A DNA stretch of 24,000 nucleotides from Methanobacteriota archaeon (GTDB lineage: Archaea; Halobacteriota; Methanomicrobia; Methanomicrobiales; Methanoculleaceae), in NCBI GenBank assembly GCA_016841955.1, contig JAENYE010000002.1, positions 165,344-189,343 of the forward strand, in the 5' to 3' direction. A program made the translations under genes and the position numbers. The notes below the pieces were generated by a model. That model ran no database searches and had not been told where the DNA came from. It saw nothing but the letters and a program-made list of their open reading frames with translations. This document shows positions 8,420 through 17,030 of the stretch, piece after piece (position 1 is the stretch's first letter; each line of letters opens with the position of its first letter).

Positions 8420-8913
8420 ACTTCTCCATCTGTTGGCGGTGAGAGAGGATATTGATTTGTATCCAGCCCCGGGAGGTCGTACTCCTCACCGGAGCGGGTG
8501 AGCGCACAGCAGAGCCTGAAATCGTCTATCGAGATGCCGGGCACGTTCCCGTAGTATTGAAGCACCGTATCCCAGGGCATGAGGTATGCCTCCTTCGCCC
8601 TCCCCGCACCGAACCGGAACTCGACGGCAAGAAACCCCCGCCGTCCGGTCTTCCGGATGAAATCGGTGATCGCGTCTATCTGGTGGACGTTGTTTTTGTC
8701 GGAGTGGAAGTGCTGGGAGAAGTAGAGTTTCTTGCCCGATATCGACTTGCACTCGATGGCCAGGTAGTAGCGGGGGTCGAGAGAGTCCACGAGGACGTCG
8801 ACGTACTGGGTATTGAATTTGCTCTGCTTGAGCCGGTAGGCGAACCCGTGAGCCTGCCGGCGAGCGAAGAACCGGTTGATGCAGTAGGTGATCTCCCGTT
8901 CGAAGTTTGCCAT
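8416..8913 (-). CDS. Hjc-like PD-(D/E)XK endonuclease-fold protein (Holliday-junction-resolvase family-like)
   Basis: The pattern E(FEREI)...YVDVLVD...LAIECKS matches the E/D/ExK arrangement of archaeal Hjc. It is followed by a FLAVEFRF strand as in Hjc. The stop TGA (8416-8418) overlaps the ATGATG start of the next gene. ATG at 8913 is preferred over GTG at 8916. Confidence 0.5.
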   Translation of the reverse strand: MANFEREITYCINRFFARRQAHGFAYRLKQSKFNTQYVDVLVDSLDPRYYLAIECKSISGKKLYFSQHFHSDKNNVHQIDAITDFIRKTGRRGFLAVEFRFGAGRAKEAYLMPWDTVLQYYGNVPGISIDDFRLCCALTRSGEEYDLPGLDTNQYPLSPPTDGEV

Positions 8914-8935
8914 CACATAGATCTTGAACCGGGCC

Positions 8936-8966
8936 CTTAAAAATAATCGGTAATTATTTTAATATA
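8936..8966. promoter_or_regulatory. Divergent promoter region with two TATA boxes (Hjc-like operon to the left, cfb operon to the right)
   Basis: ATTTTAATATA at 8956-8966 is centred about 27 nt upstream of cfbA ATG 8989 (leaderless). On the minus strand GATTATTTTTAAGG (8936-8949) is about 29 nt upstream of ATG 8913. Confidence 0.45.
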
Positions 8967-8988
8967 GTCTCGTAGTACCTTGTAATAT

Positions 8989-9396
8989 ATGGGTAGAAAA
9001 GGAATGTTACTGGTCGGCCACGGGAGCAAGCTCCCGCACAATAAAGAACTGATCGAGACCACAGCAGAGATCATCGCCGGAAAGACCGATGATTACCTCG
9101 TCAAACCCGGCTTCATGAGCCTCAACACGCCGTCGGTGGAGGAACAACTCGAGGCGTTCCGGAAGGAGGACATCGAGATGCTGGTCGTCGTCCCGCTCTT
9201 CCTCGCGAAAGGCGTCCACATCAACCAGGACATCCCCGAACTCCTCGGCCTCCCGGCGGGGGAACGGTGCGGCACGTTCCAGCTGAACGGGAAGACGGTG
9301 CCGCTCGTCTACGCAAACCCCATCGGCAGCGACCCGCTCCTTGCCGAACTGATGCTGAAGAACGCGTCCGACGCGATCGCCGAACTGAAACCCTGA
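8989..9396 (+). CDS. cfbA: Small CbiX-type chelatase; by context the sirohydrochlorin nickelochelatase CfbA
   Basis: A 135-aa CbiX(S) with LLVGHGSKLPHN and VVPLFLAKGVHI, followed directly by cfbE, cfbD and cfbB homologs. Confidence 0.8.
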   Translation: MGRKGMLLVGHGSKLPHNKELIETTAEIIAGKTDDYLVKPGFMSLNTPSVEEQLEAFRKEDIEMLVVVPLFLAKGVHINQDIPELLGLPAGERCGTFQLNGKTVPLVYANPIGSDPLLAELMLKNASDAIAELKP

Positions 9397-9401
9397 AGGA
9401 T

Positions 9402-10559
9402 ATGCGAATCCTGGTGCTGGATACCATCCACGGCGGGGCGGAGCTCGCCGGGGCACTCCGTGGTGCCGGCCACCAGGTGGACGAGGTGGACGTCTACCGC
9501 GGGAAGGCCGGTATTCCCATCGAGGAGGCACTCGTCCGCACCTACGATCTCGTCACCGCACCGGTCCACCTCGACTCCGACCACCCTCTCCTCCGGCACC
9601 ACGGGCCCGCGGTTCCCCACCACGAGATGGTGAAGCGGGTCCTCGACGGCCGGCTGCCGCATCCTTTCATCGAGATCACCGGGGCACGGGGAAAGACCAC
9701 CACCGCCCACGCCCTCGCCTCGCTGCTGCCGGGCCCGGGCATCCTCCACACATCGACCGGGACCTACCGCTACCCGGAGCGGGAGCTGCTCTGGAAGAAG
9801 AGCATCACCCCCGCCTCCCTGATAGTGGCGGTGCGTGAGGCGGAGCGGATCGGGGGCTGGCTGGTCGCCGAGGAGTCGCTCGGGGTCACCGCCGCCGGGG
9901 ACGTGGCGGTGCTGACTTCAGCAGAGGATTACCCGATCGCTGCGGGGAAGAAGCACGCGATCGCGGAGAAGTGCCGGCTGCTCTCCGGGGCGCGGACGGT
10001 CGTGCTCCCGCCCGGCATCGATCTGCCGGGAACGACGGTCGCCGCCGACGGGATGGTATCCTTCGACGGCCCGGTCTGCCGGTACGCCGGGTGCGGGATC
10101 GCCGGCACCTTCGAAAACCCGCTCTGCACCCTTGCGGGCTACCGCACGGCGCTGACGCTCGCGGCCGCGACCGCCTGCGTGCTCGGGATCGATCCTTCCC
10201 CCCTCGGGCGGTTCGCCGCCCTGCCCGGCCGGATGGCGGCCCGGCGGGAGGGAGACCTCCTGATCCTCGATAACGCAAACAGCGGGACGAACATGGCCAC
10301 CACCATTGAAGCCGCCCGCTACGCGAGAGAACTCTCGGGCAACGGCCCGATGACTATGGTCATCGGCGAGGAAGCACGAGCGGTCTGCGAGGGGTTCTCG
10401 GCGGAGGACATCCGGCGGACGGTATCGGCCGTCGGCCCGACGGCGACCGTCTACGTCGGGGAAGGGCATCCCGCGGCGACGCTCGATGCGGGGCTGGATG
10501 CCGCCCGGAAGATCACCCCGGCGGGCACGATCGTCCTCGCAGTAAAGACGTGGAGATAG
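9402..10559 (+). CDS. cfbE: Mur-ligase-like coenzyme F430 synthetase CfbE
   Basis: Mur ligase P-loop ITGARGKTTTAH. The start is set at ATG 9402 (MRILVLDTIHGG), 5 nt after the cfbA stop. The listed start at 9267 would overlap cfbA with an R-rich leader. Confidence 0.8.
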   Translation: MRILVLDTIHGGAELAGALRGAGHQVDEVDVYRGKAGIPIEEALVRTYDLVTAPVHLDSDHPLLRHHGPAVPHHEMVKRVLDGRLPHPFIEITGARGKTTTAHALASLLPGPGILHTSTGTYRYPERELLWKKSITPASLIVAVREAERIGGWLVAEESLGVTAAGDVAVLTSAEDYPIAAGKKHAIAEKCRLLSGARTVVLPPGIDLPGTTVAADGMVSFDGPVCRYAGCGIAGTFENPLCTLAGYRTALTLAAATACVLGIDPSPLGRFAALPGRMAARREGDLLILDNANSGTNMATTIEAARYARELSGNGPMTMVIGEEARAVCEGFSAEDIRRTVSAVGPTATVYVGEGHPAATLDAGLDAARKITPAGTIVLAVKTWR

Positions 10560-10562
10560 ACT

Positions 10563-11627
10563 ATGCACTACATTCAACCGAGACCGAGTTCAATTGTCGC
10601 GGCGCTCTACACCGCCCGCGACCTGGGGGTGGACGTGGCGATCCTCCACGGCCCGTCAGGCTGTTCGTTCAAGCACGCACGTCTCCTCGAGGAGGACGGC
10701 ATGCGGGTGCTGACGACATCGCTCGCCGATAACGAGTTCATCTTCGGCGGGCACGAGCCCCTTATGCGGGTGCTCCGCTACGCGGAGGAGACGTTTGCGC
10801 CCCGCCGGATGGCGGTCGTCGGGACGTGTGTTTCGATGATCATCGGGGAAGACCTCCTGTCCGCGATCCGGGACGCAGAGGTTGAGACTCCGGCGATCGC
10901 CGTGGACATCCACGCCGGGTTCAGGGAGAACATCGACGGCGTGCTCGCGACACTCGAACCGGCGGCGGCCGCGGGCTGGATCAGCGGCGACGAACTGGAA
11001 CGCCAGCGCTACCTACTCGCCAAGGCAAACGAGGTGGAGCGGCTGCGGGGAGCGGCCTCCCGGAACTACATCGAGCCGACGCGCGGCGACCTCAAGCACG
11101 TCGCGGCAGAGCGCCTCATGGAACTCGCCGAAGACGGTGCCACCGGGGTCGCGGTCATGAACGCGAAGAAAGAGACCGCCTATATGTTCGCCGACGAACT
11201 CCTCGCCCTCCACGATGTCTGTCCTGAGGGCAGGGTCACCTACCTCGCGAACCTCGAAGACCGGGGGCTCCCGAAGGTGCGGGAGGACGCCGCCCGGATC
11301 CTCGCCGGCATGCAGGGGCGGGGGGTCGACCCCGGACTCCTCGGGGCGCTCGACGAGTACGGGGCAAACGGTCCCGCGATCGGGGAGCGGATACGGGAGC
11401 TCGAACCGGACTTCGCCCTCCTCGTCGGTGTTCCGCACGCCGTTCCGCCGGAGTACACGGAAGGTATCGAGGTCTTCTCGATCACGAACGGCCCCCGGCA
11501 GGTGGAGCCGCTCCGGGAGATGGGGCACCGCCACGTCATGGTCGAGATCGACCTGCACCCGAAGACCCTCGGCGTCCGGGATGTCGTCGAGAGCGAGTTC
11601 GGGGCGGTCCTGCGGAGCATGCGATGA
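10563..11627 (+). CDS. cfbD: Nitrogenase NifD/E-like subunit of Ni-sirohydrochlorin a,c-diamide reductive cyclase, CfbD
   Basis: ILHGPSGCSFKH and VVGTCVSMIIGEDL are nitrogenase component-1-type cluster-ligand contexts. 354 aa. ATGA overlap with cfbB at 11624-11627. Confidence 0.75.
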   Translation: MHYIQPRPSSIVAALYTARDLGVDVAILHGPSGCSFKHARLLEEDGMRVLTTSLADNEFIFGGHEPLMRVLRYAEETFAPRRMAVVGTCVSMIIGEDLLSAIRDAEVETPAIAVDIHAGFRENIDGVLATLEPAAAAGWISGDELERQRYLLAKANEVERLRGAASRNYIEPTRGDLKHVAAERLMELAEDGATGVAVMNAKKETAYMFADELLALHDVCPEGRVTYLANLEDRGLPKVREDAARILAGMQGRGVDPGLLGALDEYGANGPAIGERIRELEPDFALLVGVPHAVPPEYTEGIEVFSITNGPRQVEPLREMGHRHVMVEIDLHPKTLGVRDVVESEFGAVLRSMR

Positions 11628-12991
11628 AGTCCTTCCTCGTCGCCGGCGACCGCTCCGGGAGCGGGAAGACGAGCATCACCCTTGCGCTCTCGGCCCTCCT
11701 TTCGGCCGACCGGACCGTCCAGACCTTCAAGGTGGGGATGGACTACATCGACCCTTCCTACCTCGCGGGGGTGACGGGCCGGCCCTGCCGGAACCTGGAC
11801 GGCTACGTGATGAGCCCGGGCGAGGTCCGGGCGGTCTTTGCGCACGGGTGCCGGGGAGCGGATATCGCCGTCGTCGAGGGAGTACGGGGGCTCTTTGAGG
11901 GCGCGGAGGCGCTCACCGACCTCGGGAGCACGGCCGCGATAGCAAAGCAACTCGACCTGCCGGTTGTTCTGGTCATCAACGCCCGGAGCATCACCCGGAG
12001 CGCGGCGGCGATCGTGAAGGGCTTCCAGGCCTTCGATTCGGATGTCGATATCCGGGGAGTCATCTTAAACAACGTCACCGGGACCCGCCACCGGGAGAAG
12101 GCGGTTCGTGCGATCGAGCACTACTGCGGCATCCCGGTCGTCGGCACCATTCCCCGGACGGCGGAGATGGAACTCGCGATGCGCCACCTCGGCCTCGTCC
12201 CCTACCGGGAGGGGCAGGGGCACGGGGAGTTCCTGGAACGGATCGACGTGATCAAGCAGAAGATCGGCGAGCACGTCGACCTCGACGCCCTGCTCGCGCT
12301 CGCCGCGGATGTCGAGCCCCCGGCGGAGGAGAACTCCGTCTACGCGGCGGCCGATCCGGACGTCCGGATCGGCGTCGCGCTGGACGAGGCATTCAACTTC
12401 TACTACGCCGACCTCTTCGACGTGCTCTCGTCGTGCGGTGCGGAGGCGGTCCCGTTCTCCCCGATCCACGACCGGCTGCCGGAGGCCGACGGCTACATCC
12501 TCGGCGGCGGCTACCCGGAGCTCTTCGGCCGTGAACTGGAGGCGAACACCGCGATGCGGGAGGGGCTCCGCGAGGTCTCGCGGAACGGCACACCAGTCTA
12601 CGCGGAGTGCGGGGGGCTGATCTACCTCACCGACCGGATGGTGCTCGCCCCGGGATTCATGGACGCGGATAAGGAGAGGGTCTATGAACTCGCCGGGGTA
12701 TTTTCGGGCGAAACAAGGATGCCGGCCCGGCGGATGCTCGGCTACGTGGTGGGGACGAGCGCGGCGGGGAGCCCCATGGGCGAGGCGGCGTTCCGGGGCC
12801 ACGAGTTCCACTACAGCAGCGTCCGCCTTGCGCCGGAGACGCGCTACGCCTACCGGCTGACCCGGGGGAGCGGGATCCGCGGGGGGTGCGACGGTGCGGT
12901 CCGGGACCGGACCATCGCAAGTTATACGCACCTCCACCCGGTGGCGAGCCGGGGGATGCTCGCGCACTTCGTGGGCTGCTGCCGGACCTGA
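11624..12991 (+). CDS. cfbB: CbiA/CobB-family amidotransferase; by context Ni-sirohydrochlorin a,c-diamide synthase CfbB
   Basis: N-terminal P-loop GDRSGSGKTSITLAL, a C-terminal glutamine amidotransferase part (VYAECGGLIYL, HEFHYS), 455 aa. Confidence 0.8.
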   Translation: MKSFLVAGDRSGSGKTSITLALSALLSADRTVQTFKVGMDYIDPSYLAGVTGRPCRNLDGYVMSPGEVRAVFAHGCRGADIAVVEGVRGLFEGAEALTDLGSTAAIAKQLDLPVVLVINARSITRSAAAIVKGFQAFDSDVDIRGVILNNVTGTRHREKAVRAIEHYCGIPVVGTIPRTAEMELAMRHLGLVPYREGQGHGEFLERIDVIKQKIGEHVDLDALLALAADVEPPAEENSVYAAADPDVRIGVALDEAFNFYYADLFDVLSSCGAEAVPFSPIHDRLPEADGYILGGGYPELFGRELEANTAMREGLREVSRNGTPVYAECGGLIYLTDRMVLAPGFMDADKERVYELAGVFSGETRMPARRMLGYVVGTSAAGSPMGEAAFRGHEFHYSSVRLAPETRYAYRLTRGSGIRGGCDGAVRDRTIASYTHLHPVASRGMLAHFVGCCRT

Positions 12992-13144
12992 CGGGGTTCG
13001 CGGCAACGCTTTTCTCGTGGCGGTCGGGACACCGGGATCGTTCTCCGGGGCCGATGCCGGCCGTCGCATCGTTCCCGGTCGCCGCAGGGTGGTTCGGCGC
13101 ACGAAACGCAAAACATACAAACAAATCGAGACTACACTGACTGC

Positions 13145-14014
13145 ATGATAATTTACCTTGACGGCAGATTCGTCACGGAGGAGGAGGCGAAGGTCTCGGT
13201 CTTCGATCACGGTCTCCTCTACGGCGACGGTGTTTTCGAGGGGATACGGGCCTACAACGGCAGGGTCTTCCGTCTTGACGAGCATCTCGCACGGCTCTAC
13301 GACTCGGCAAAGACGATCGACCTTGCCGTCCCGATCACGCGGGAGGAGTTTGCCGAGGCGATCAAGGAGACCCTGCGGCGCAACAACTTGAAGGACGCCT
13401 ACATCCGCCCGATCGTGACGAGGGGCGTCGGCGACCTCGGCCTCGACCCCCGGAAGTGCGCGAAACCGACCGTCATCGTCATCGCCGTCACCTGGGGCGC
13501 CATGTACGGCGACCTCTACGAGAAGGGCCTCCGGGCGGTCTGCGTCTCGGTCAGGCGCACCCCCCCTGAAGCGATGCCGCCGAACGTGAAAAGCCTCAAC
13601 TACTTAAACAACATCCTCGCGAAGATCGAGGCGAACTACCGCGGCGTGGACGAGGCGATCTTCTTCGACATCCACGGCAACATCTCCGAAGGGTCGGGGG
13701 ACAACATCTTCGTCGTCAAGAACGGCGCCATCATCACCCCGCCGACCCTCAACAACCTGCGCGGCATCACCCGGCAGGTCGTGCTGGAGATCGCGGCGTC
13801 GATGGGCATCACCCTCCTCGAGCGGAACCTCGGCTACTACGACCTCTACGCGGCCGACGAGGTCTTCGTCACGGGGACCGCGGCGGAGGTCGGTCCGATC
13901 CGCGAGATCGACGGGCGGGTCATCGGGAACGGCAAGCCCGGCCCCATCACCCGGCAGCTGATGGCGGCCTTCAAGACCGTCACCCAGAGAGAGGGAAGCC
14001 CGATCTACGAGTGA
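13145..14014 (+). CDS. ilvE: Branched-chain amino acid aminotransferase (class IV PLP enzyme)
   Basis: [18 protein letters not shown], the AYIRP.VTRG context, [12 protein letters not shown] and [10 protein letters not shown] are typical IlvE motifs. 289 aa. Confidence 0.9.
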   Translation: MIIYLDGRFVTEEEAKVSVFDHGLLYGDGVFEGIRAYNGRVFRLDEHLARLYDSAKTIDLAVPITREEFAEAIKETLRRNNLKDAYIRPIVTRGVGDLGLDPRKCAKPTVIVIAVTWGAMYGDLYEKGLRAVCVSVRRTPPEAMPPNVKSLNYLNNILAKIEANYRGVDEAIFFDIHGNISEGSGDNIFVVKNGAIITPPTLNNLRGITRQVVLEIAASMGITLLERNLGYYDLYAADEVFVTGTAAEVGPIREIDGRVIGNGKPGPITRQLMAAFKTVTQREGSPIYE

Positions 14015-14162
14015 GAAGTCCGGGTTTTCTCCGGCAGACATCCTTTTTCCTGATCCTTTACCGGCCATTCGCAGATGTATAAGTAGTACGCAGGGCAAGA
14101 CTGGATTGATCGCTTTCGCCCGTGCGAGGCCGGAGCCGGGCCCAACCGATGAAGGACATCCT

Positions 14163-15359
14163 ATGACGACCACCAGGGCAGTGAAGATCCCCCGGGCGAC
14201 ATGCAAGCTCTTCGGCGCGATAAAGGCGCTCGCGACCATCAAGCAGTGCGTCGTGCTCGTCCACGGGCCGAAGGGCTGCGTCTACCATATCAACTACATC
14301 CTCGGGATGCGGGGCGACCGCCCGTCCGAGATCTACTCGACGTGCCTTGACGAGCACGACGTCATATTCGGCGCCGAGGAGAAACTCAGAGAGGCCATCG
14401 AGGAACTCGATGCGCAGCTGCGTCCCGACCTCATCGCGGTCCTCTCCTGTTGCGTCTCAAGCATCATCGGCGAGGACATCGCCGCCGCGGTGAAGGCCGC
14501 CGAAACCGATGCACAGGTCGTCGGGATTGAAGCCGGGGGGTTCGAGGGCGATTTCCGGACGGGCTACAGCGAGACCCTTCGTCGGCTCGTCGAAGAGTTC
14601 GTCCGGGGACCCTGCGTTGTCGAGGAGCGGTCCGTCAACCTGATAGGCCTTCTCCGAGGCGGGCCGGACCTGCGGGAGCTCGTGCGCATCCTCGATCTCG
14701 TCGGCGTCCGGGTCAACGCGGCGCTTACCGCCGACGCAACGGTCGAAGACATCGAGCGCCTGGGTTCTGCGGCGCTCAACATCGTCGTCTGCGAACCGGC
14801 GGGGAAGGAGGCCGCAGAGATGCTCGAGCGGATCTGCGGCACCCCGTTCATCGTCGCCGACATCCCCATCGGGCACGCCGCCACCGTCCGGTTTCTCGAC
14901 TGCGTCGCCGAATCCCTCGGGCTTCCAGACTACGCAGGGCAGGGCCCCGACTCCGACGACGCCTGCCGCGAGGTCCTCGCGGGCCGGCGGGTGGCGATCG
15001 TCAGCGGGCCGACGCGGGCAATCTCCATGACTCTCTTCCTCGCGGGTCTCGATCTGGCGCCGTCTCTCATCGTCGTGGACTTCGACTCGGATACCCTAAA
15101 AAGGCTGAGAGATCTGGCCGGCCCGGAGTGCGAGATCCTGATCGAGCCGGAGCAGGAGGAGATCAGGGAGAGGCTCAAGACATGCCGGATCGACCTGGTC
15201 TTCGGCGGCATGCTCGAGAAGCCCCTCGCTGCATCGCTCGGGATCGAGCACCTGGACATGATGCACGGCAGCCAGAGGACGCTCGGGTTTGCCGGCGCAG
15301 AGCACCTCATCGCGGCGCTCGCGAAGCAAAAACCCCGCCGCCCCGGCGGATGCGGATAG
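14163..15359 (+). CDS. Second nitrogenase component-1 (NifD/NifE)-like metalloprotein paralog; possibly methanogenesis marker 13 family
   Basis: LVHGPKGCVYH and AVLSCCVSSIIGEDI parallel the cfbD motifs HGPSGC and TCVSMIIGEDL. The start is set at ATG 14163 (MTTTRAV). There is no NifH-type P-loop, so it is not CfbC. Confidence 0.65.
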   Translation: MTTTRAVKIPRATCKLFGAIKALATIKQCVVLVHGPKGCVYHINYILGMRGDRPSEIYSTCLDEHDVIFGAEEKLREAIEELDAQLRPDLIAVLSCCVSSIIGEDIAAAVKAAETDAQVVGIEAGGFEGDFRTGYSETLRRLVEEFVRGPCVVEERSVNLIGLLRGGPDLRELVRILDLVGVRVNAALTADATVEDIERLGSAALNIVVCEPAGKEAAEMLERICGTPFIVADIPIGHAATVRFLDCVAESLGLPDYAGQGPDSDDACREVLAGRRVAIVSGPTRAISMTLFLAGLDLAPSLIVVDFDSDTLKRLRDLAGPECEILIEPEQEEIRERLKTCRIDLVFGGMLEKPLAASLGIEHLDMMHGSQRTLGFAGAEHLIAALAKQKPRRPGGCG

Positions 15360-15435
15360 ACGGGACGCCGGCATGCCCCGGAGAAGGGGAAAGCCGGGCC
15401 ATTGACCGAATCCGCCCGGTTCCCTCCGGCACAAC

Positions 15436-15444
15436 TTTTTTATC
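15436..15444 (+). promoter_or_regulatory. Candidate TATA box for the tRNA gene
   Basis: TTTTTTATC lies about 35-40 nt upstream of tRNA position 1. Confidence 0.3.
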
Positions 15445-15478
15445 TCCAGGCATCGAAGTTGTATGGCACATTGCATGG

Positions 15479-15551
15479 GCTGCTATAGTGTAGGGGCCAA
15501 TCATGTCGGCCTTTCACGCCGACGACTGGGGTTCGAATCCCCATAGCAGCA
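15479..15551 (+). tRNA. tRNA-Glu (anticodon UUC)
   Basis: Hand-folded. Acceptor stem GCTGCTA/TAGCAGC plus discriminator A. Anticodon stem TCGGC/GCCGA with loop CTTTCAC (TTC). T arm TGGGG-TTCGAAT-CCCCA. The D region GTGTAGGGGCCAATCAT resembles archaeal tRNA-Glu. No encoded CCA. An oligo-T tract (TCTTTGTTTTT) follows. Confidence 0.9.
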
Positions 15552-15775
15552 TCTTTGTTTTTGAAAATTGTTCTAATCTAAGTACAGGAAGTGCTTTATC
15601 TTAAAGTGATATTAGGTGTGTGGCCTTCTGAAGTTATTTTGTTTCTAGAAGCCACATAAAGATGACAGAGAAAGGCACGAAGGCTAGGTTTTATGAATCA
15701 GGTGTGTGACACTGGGCTAACAAAAAGGAATTATCTATGCGTACAGTTGAATATGGTGAATTATGACCCATCGGA

Positions 15776-16207
15776 CTATCTGGGTCTTAATAACAGGGCC
15801 TTTTCCCGGAAAACCGTCCAAAAATATATTAATTTCCGATTCACCAACCATGCATAACCCGCTGATATTAGTGCTCCGACTATAATCGCTAGCACAGATA
15901 GTGCTAGTATTACCAAATAAACATTCGTTAAATCTGTAAACATCCTGATCCCTATTGGGAGTGCTACAAAACAAAAGCCCATTATCGTACTTGTGTCTTT
16001 TTTTTCTTTTTGGTAATGTTCAATCCGATTATCGCATATATCAAGAAAGTTATTCAATTCCTCGCTTGTAACATGCTGTTTAAAGAACTTTTTAATGGTC
16101 TCTTGCTCTACCTGAGAAAAGTTAGGATTGTAAGTATACCGTACGATCGATTTTTGAGGGAGTATGGCGCTTTCACAGATTCTTATGAGTTCCAAAGCCT
16201 TGATCAT
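15776..16207 (-). CDS. Hypothetical small membrane protein (two predicted C-terminal TM helices)
   Basis: A 143-codon ORF in AT-rich DNA. Hydrophobic stretches IMGFCFVALPIGI and VYLVILALSVLAIIVGALISAGYAWLV. The T-rich element TTTTTGTTATGG lies about 27 nt upstream of the ATG on the minus strand. Confidence 0.5.
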   Translation of the reverse strand: MIKALELIRICESAILPQKSIVRYTYNPNFSQVEQETIKKFFKQHVTSEELNNFLDICDNRIEHYQKEKKDTSTIMGFCFVALPIGIRMFTDLTNVYLVILALSVLAIIVGALISAGYAWLVNRKLIYFWTVFREKALLLRPR

Positions 16208-16303
16208 ATAACAGTATTTTCTGTGACCATAACAAAAACTAGATCCTTCTTGGGTAATGTCTCAATCTTCTGTAATTTGCCTGAGCCCTGTCCCCTTGCC
16301 TGA

Positions 16304-16969
16304 TCATTCCTTCTCCATCGTCAAATATCTTCTGCCGGTGATCTACTCCACGTTGCTATCCATCAGGATAGATTCAATCAGCCTGAGCAGTGCCTCTCCA
16401 TTCGGGAATACCCCAACCACCTTGGTTCTCCGTTCAGTTCCTTATTGACTCATTACATCATGTTCATGGTTCAGATCCGTTTCCAATGTTGTTCCGGGAA
16501 TGCGGTGTAACTCATGAGCTCTGGAAGGGACCCTTCAACAGTGTTAGCTGCTTTCCGGTAACACTGTGTATGCAGGTCATTCGAGAAACAGAGACAGGAG
16601 ATAGCTGATCGACGCCCAGTGGGCAACGATCTCCTAGACCCTTCTCGTCGCGATTCCTAGTGGAGGACGCAACAATCATATTCACTAGAGCCTTCCCCAT
16701 CCGGGCATAGCGTCCAAAGACTGTATCTCGAACGGGAGCTCCAGGAACTGCGGTTTTTTGAGGATGATCTCACTGTACCGGGTTTTGAGGGATCGATTCT
16801 TGTACCTGTTCCGATATGCTTTCCGCGTATTGGTTCTCTCGTACGGGGTGGCTCCTGCCTGCTCGAGTGCCTCTTGCAACATCACCTGGTTTCTCAACCA
16901 GATGGTGAGCGTCTTCATGCCGTTTTCATGAACGGAAAAATAGTCTTCGATAAACGCTAGGGGATCCAC
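16304..16969 (-). pseudogene. IS256-family (Mutator-like) transposase pseudogene, with the DDE core internally deleted plus frameshifts and stops
   Basis: The N-terminal part reads ATPYERTNTRKAYRNRYKNRSLKTRYSEIILKKPQF.ELPF. After a frameshift it reads GKALVNMIV.SSTR...VSVSR. A C-terminal part is recovered by hand translation: FPEQHWKRI*T, then ERRTKVVGVFPNGEALLRLIESILMDSNVE*ITGRRYLTMEKE, where TAG replaces the conserved TGG. Only about 665 nt remain of the roughly 1.2 kb expected. Confidence 0.75.
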
Positions 16970-17030
16970 GGCTCTGCATCTCCTTTCTGCAGATCCAGGT
17001 TAGATTAAGATCCTATTCGACATTTACAGA

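Noticed and set aside
111-13285. Many long ORFs antisense to or out of frame with the recognised genes in the high-GC part. Examples are 111-716(-), 584-1402(-), 1078-2235(-), 2564-3283(-), 6122-6757(+), 6748-7506(+), 7322-8206(+), 9918-10577(-), 11013-11558(-), 11240-11950(-) and 12065-13285(-).
   Set aside because: Their translations are R/P/G/A-rich and low-complexity, as expected for off-frame reading of ~65-70% GC DNA where stop codons are rare. Each overlaps a gene with clear family motifs on the other strand or frame.
15616-15655. Imperfect hairpin GTGTGGCCTTCT...AGAAGCCACAT just downstream of the tRNA, plus the 9-nt direct repeat AGGTGTGTG (about 15613 and 15692).
   Set aside because: The stem is short and bulged, and the repeat is short in AT-rich DNA. 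This is within chance expectation, and there is no supporting context.
16010-16608. Plus-strand ORFs 16010-16303, 16257-16448 and 16390-16608.
   Set aside because: They are antisense shadows of the membrane-protein gene and of the IS256 transposase remnant. The minus strand gives recognisable transposase sequence.
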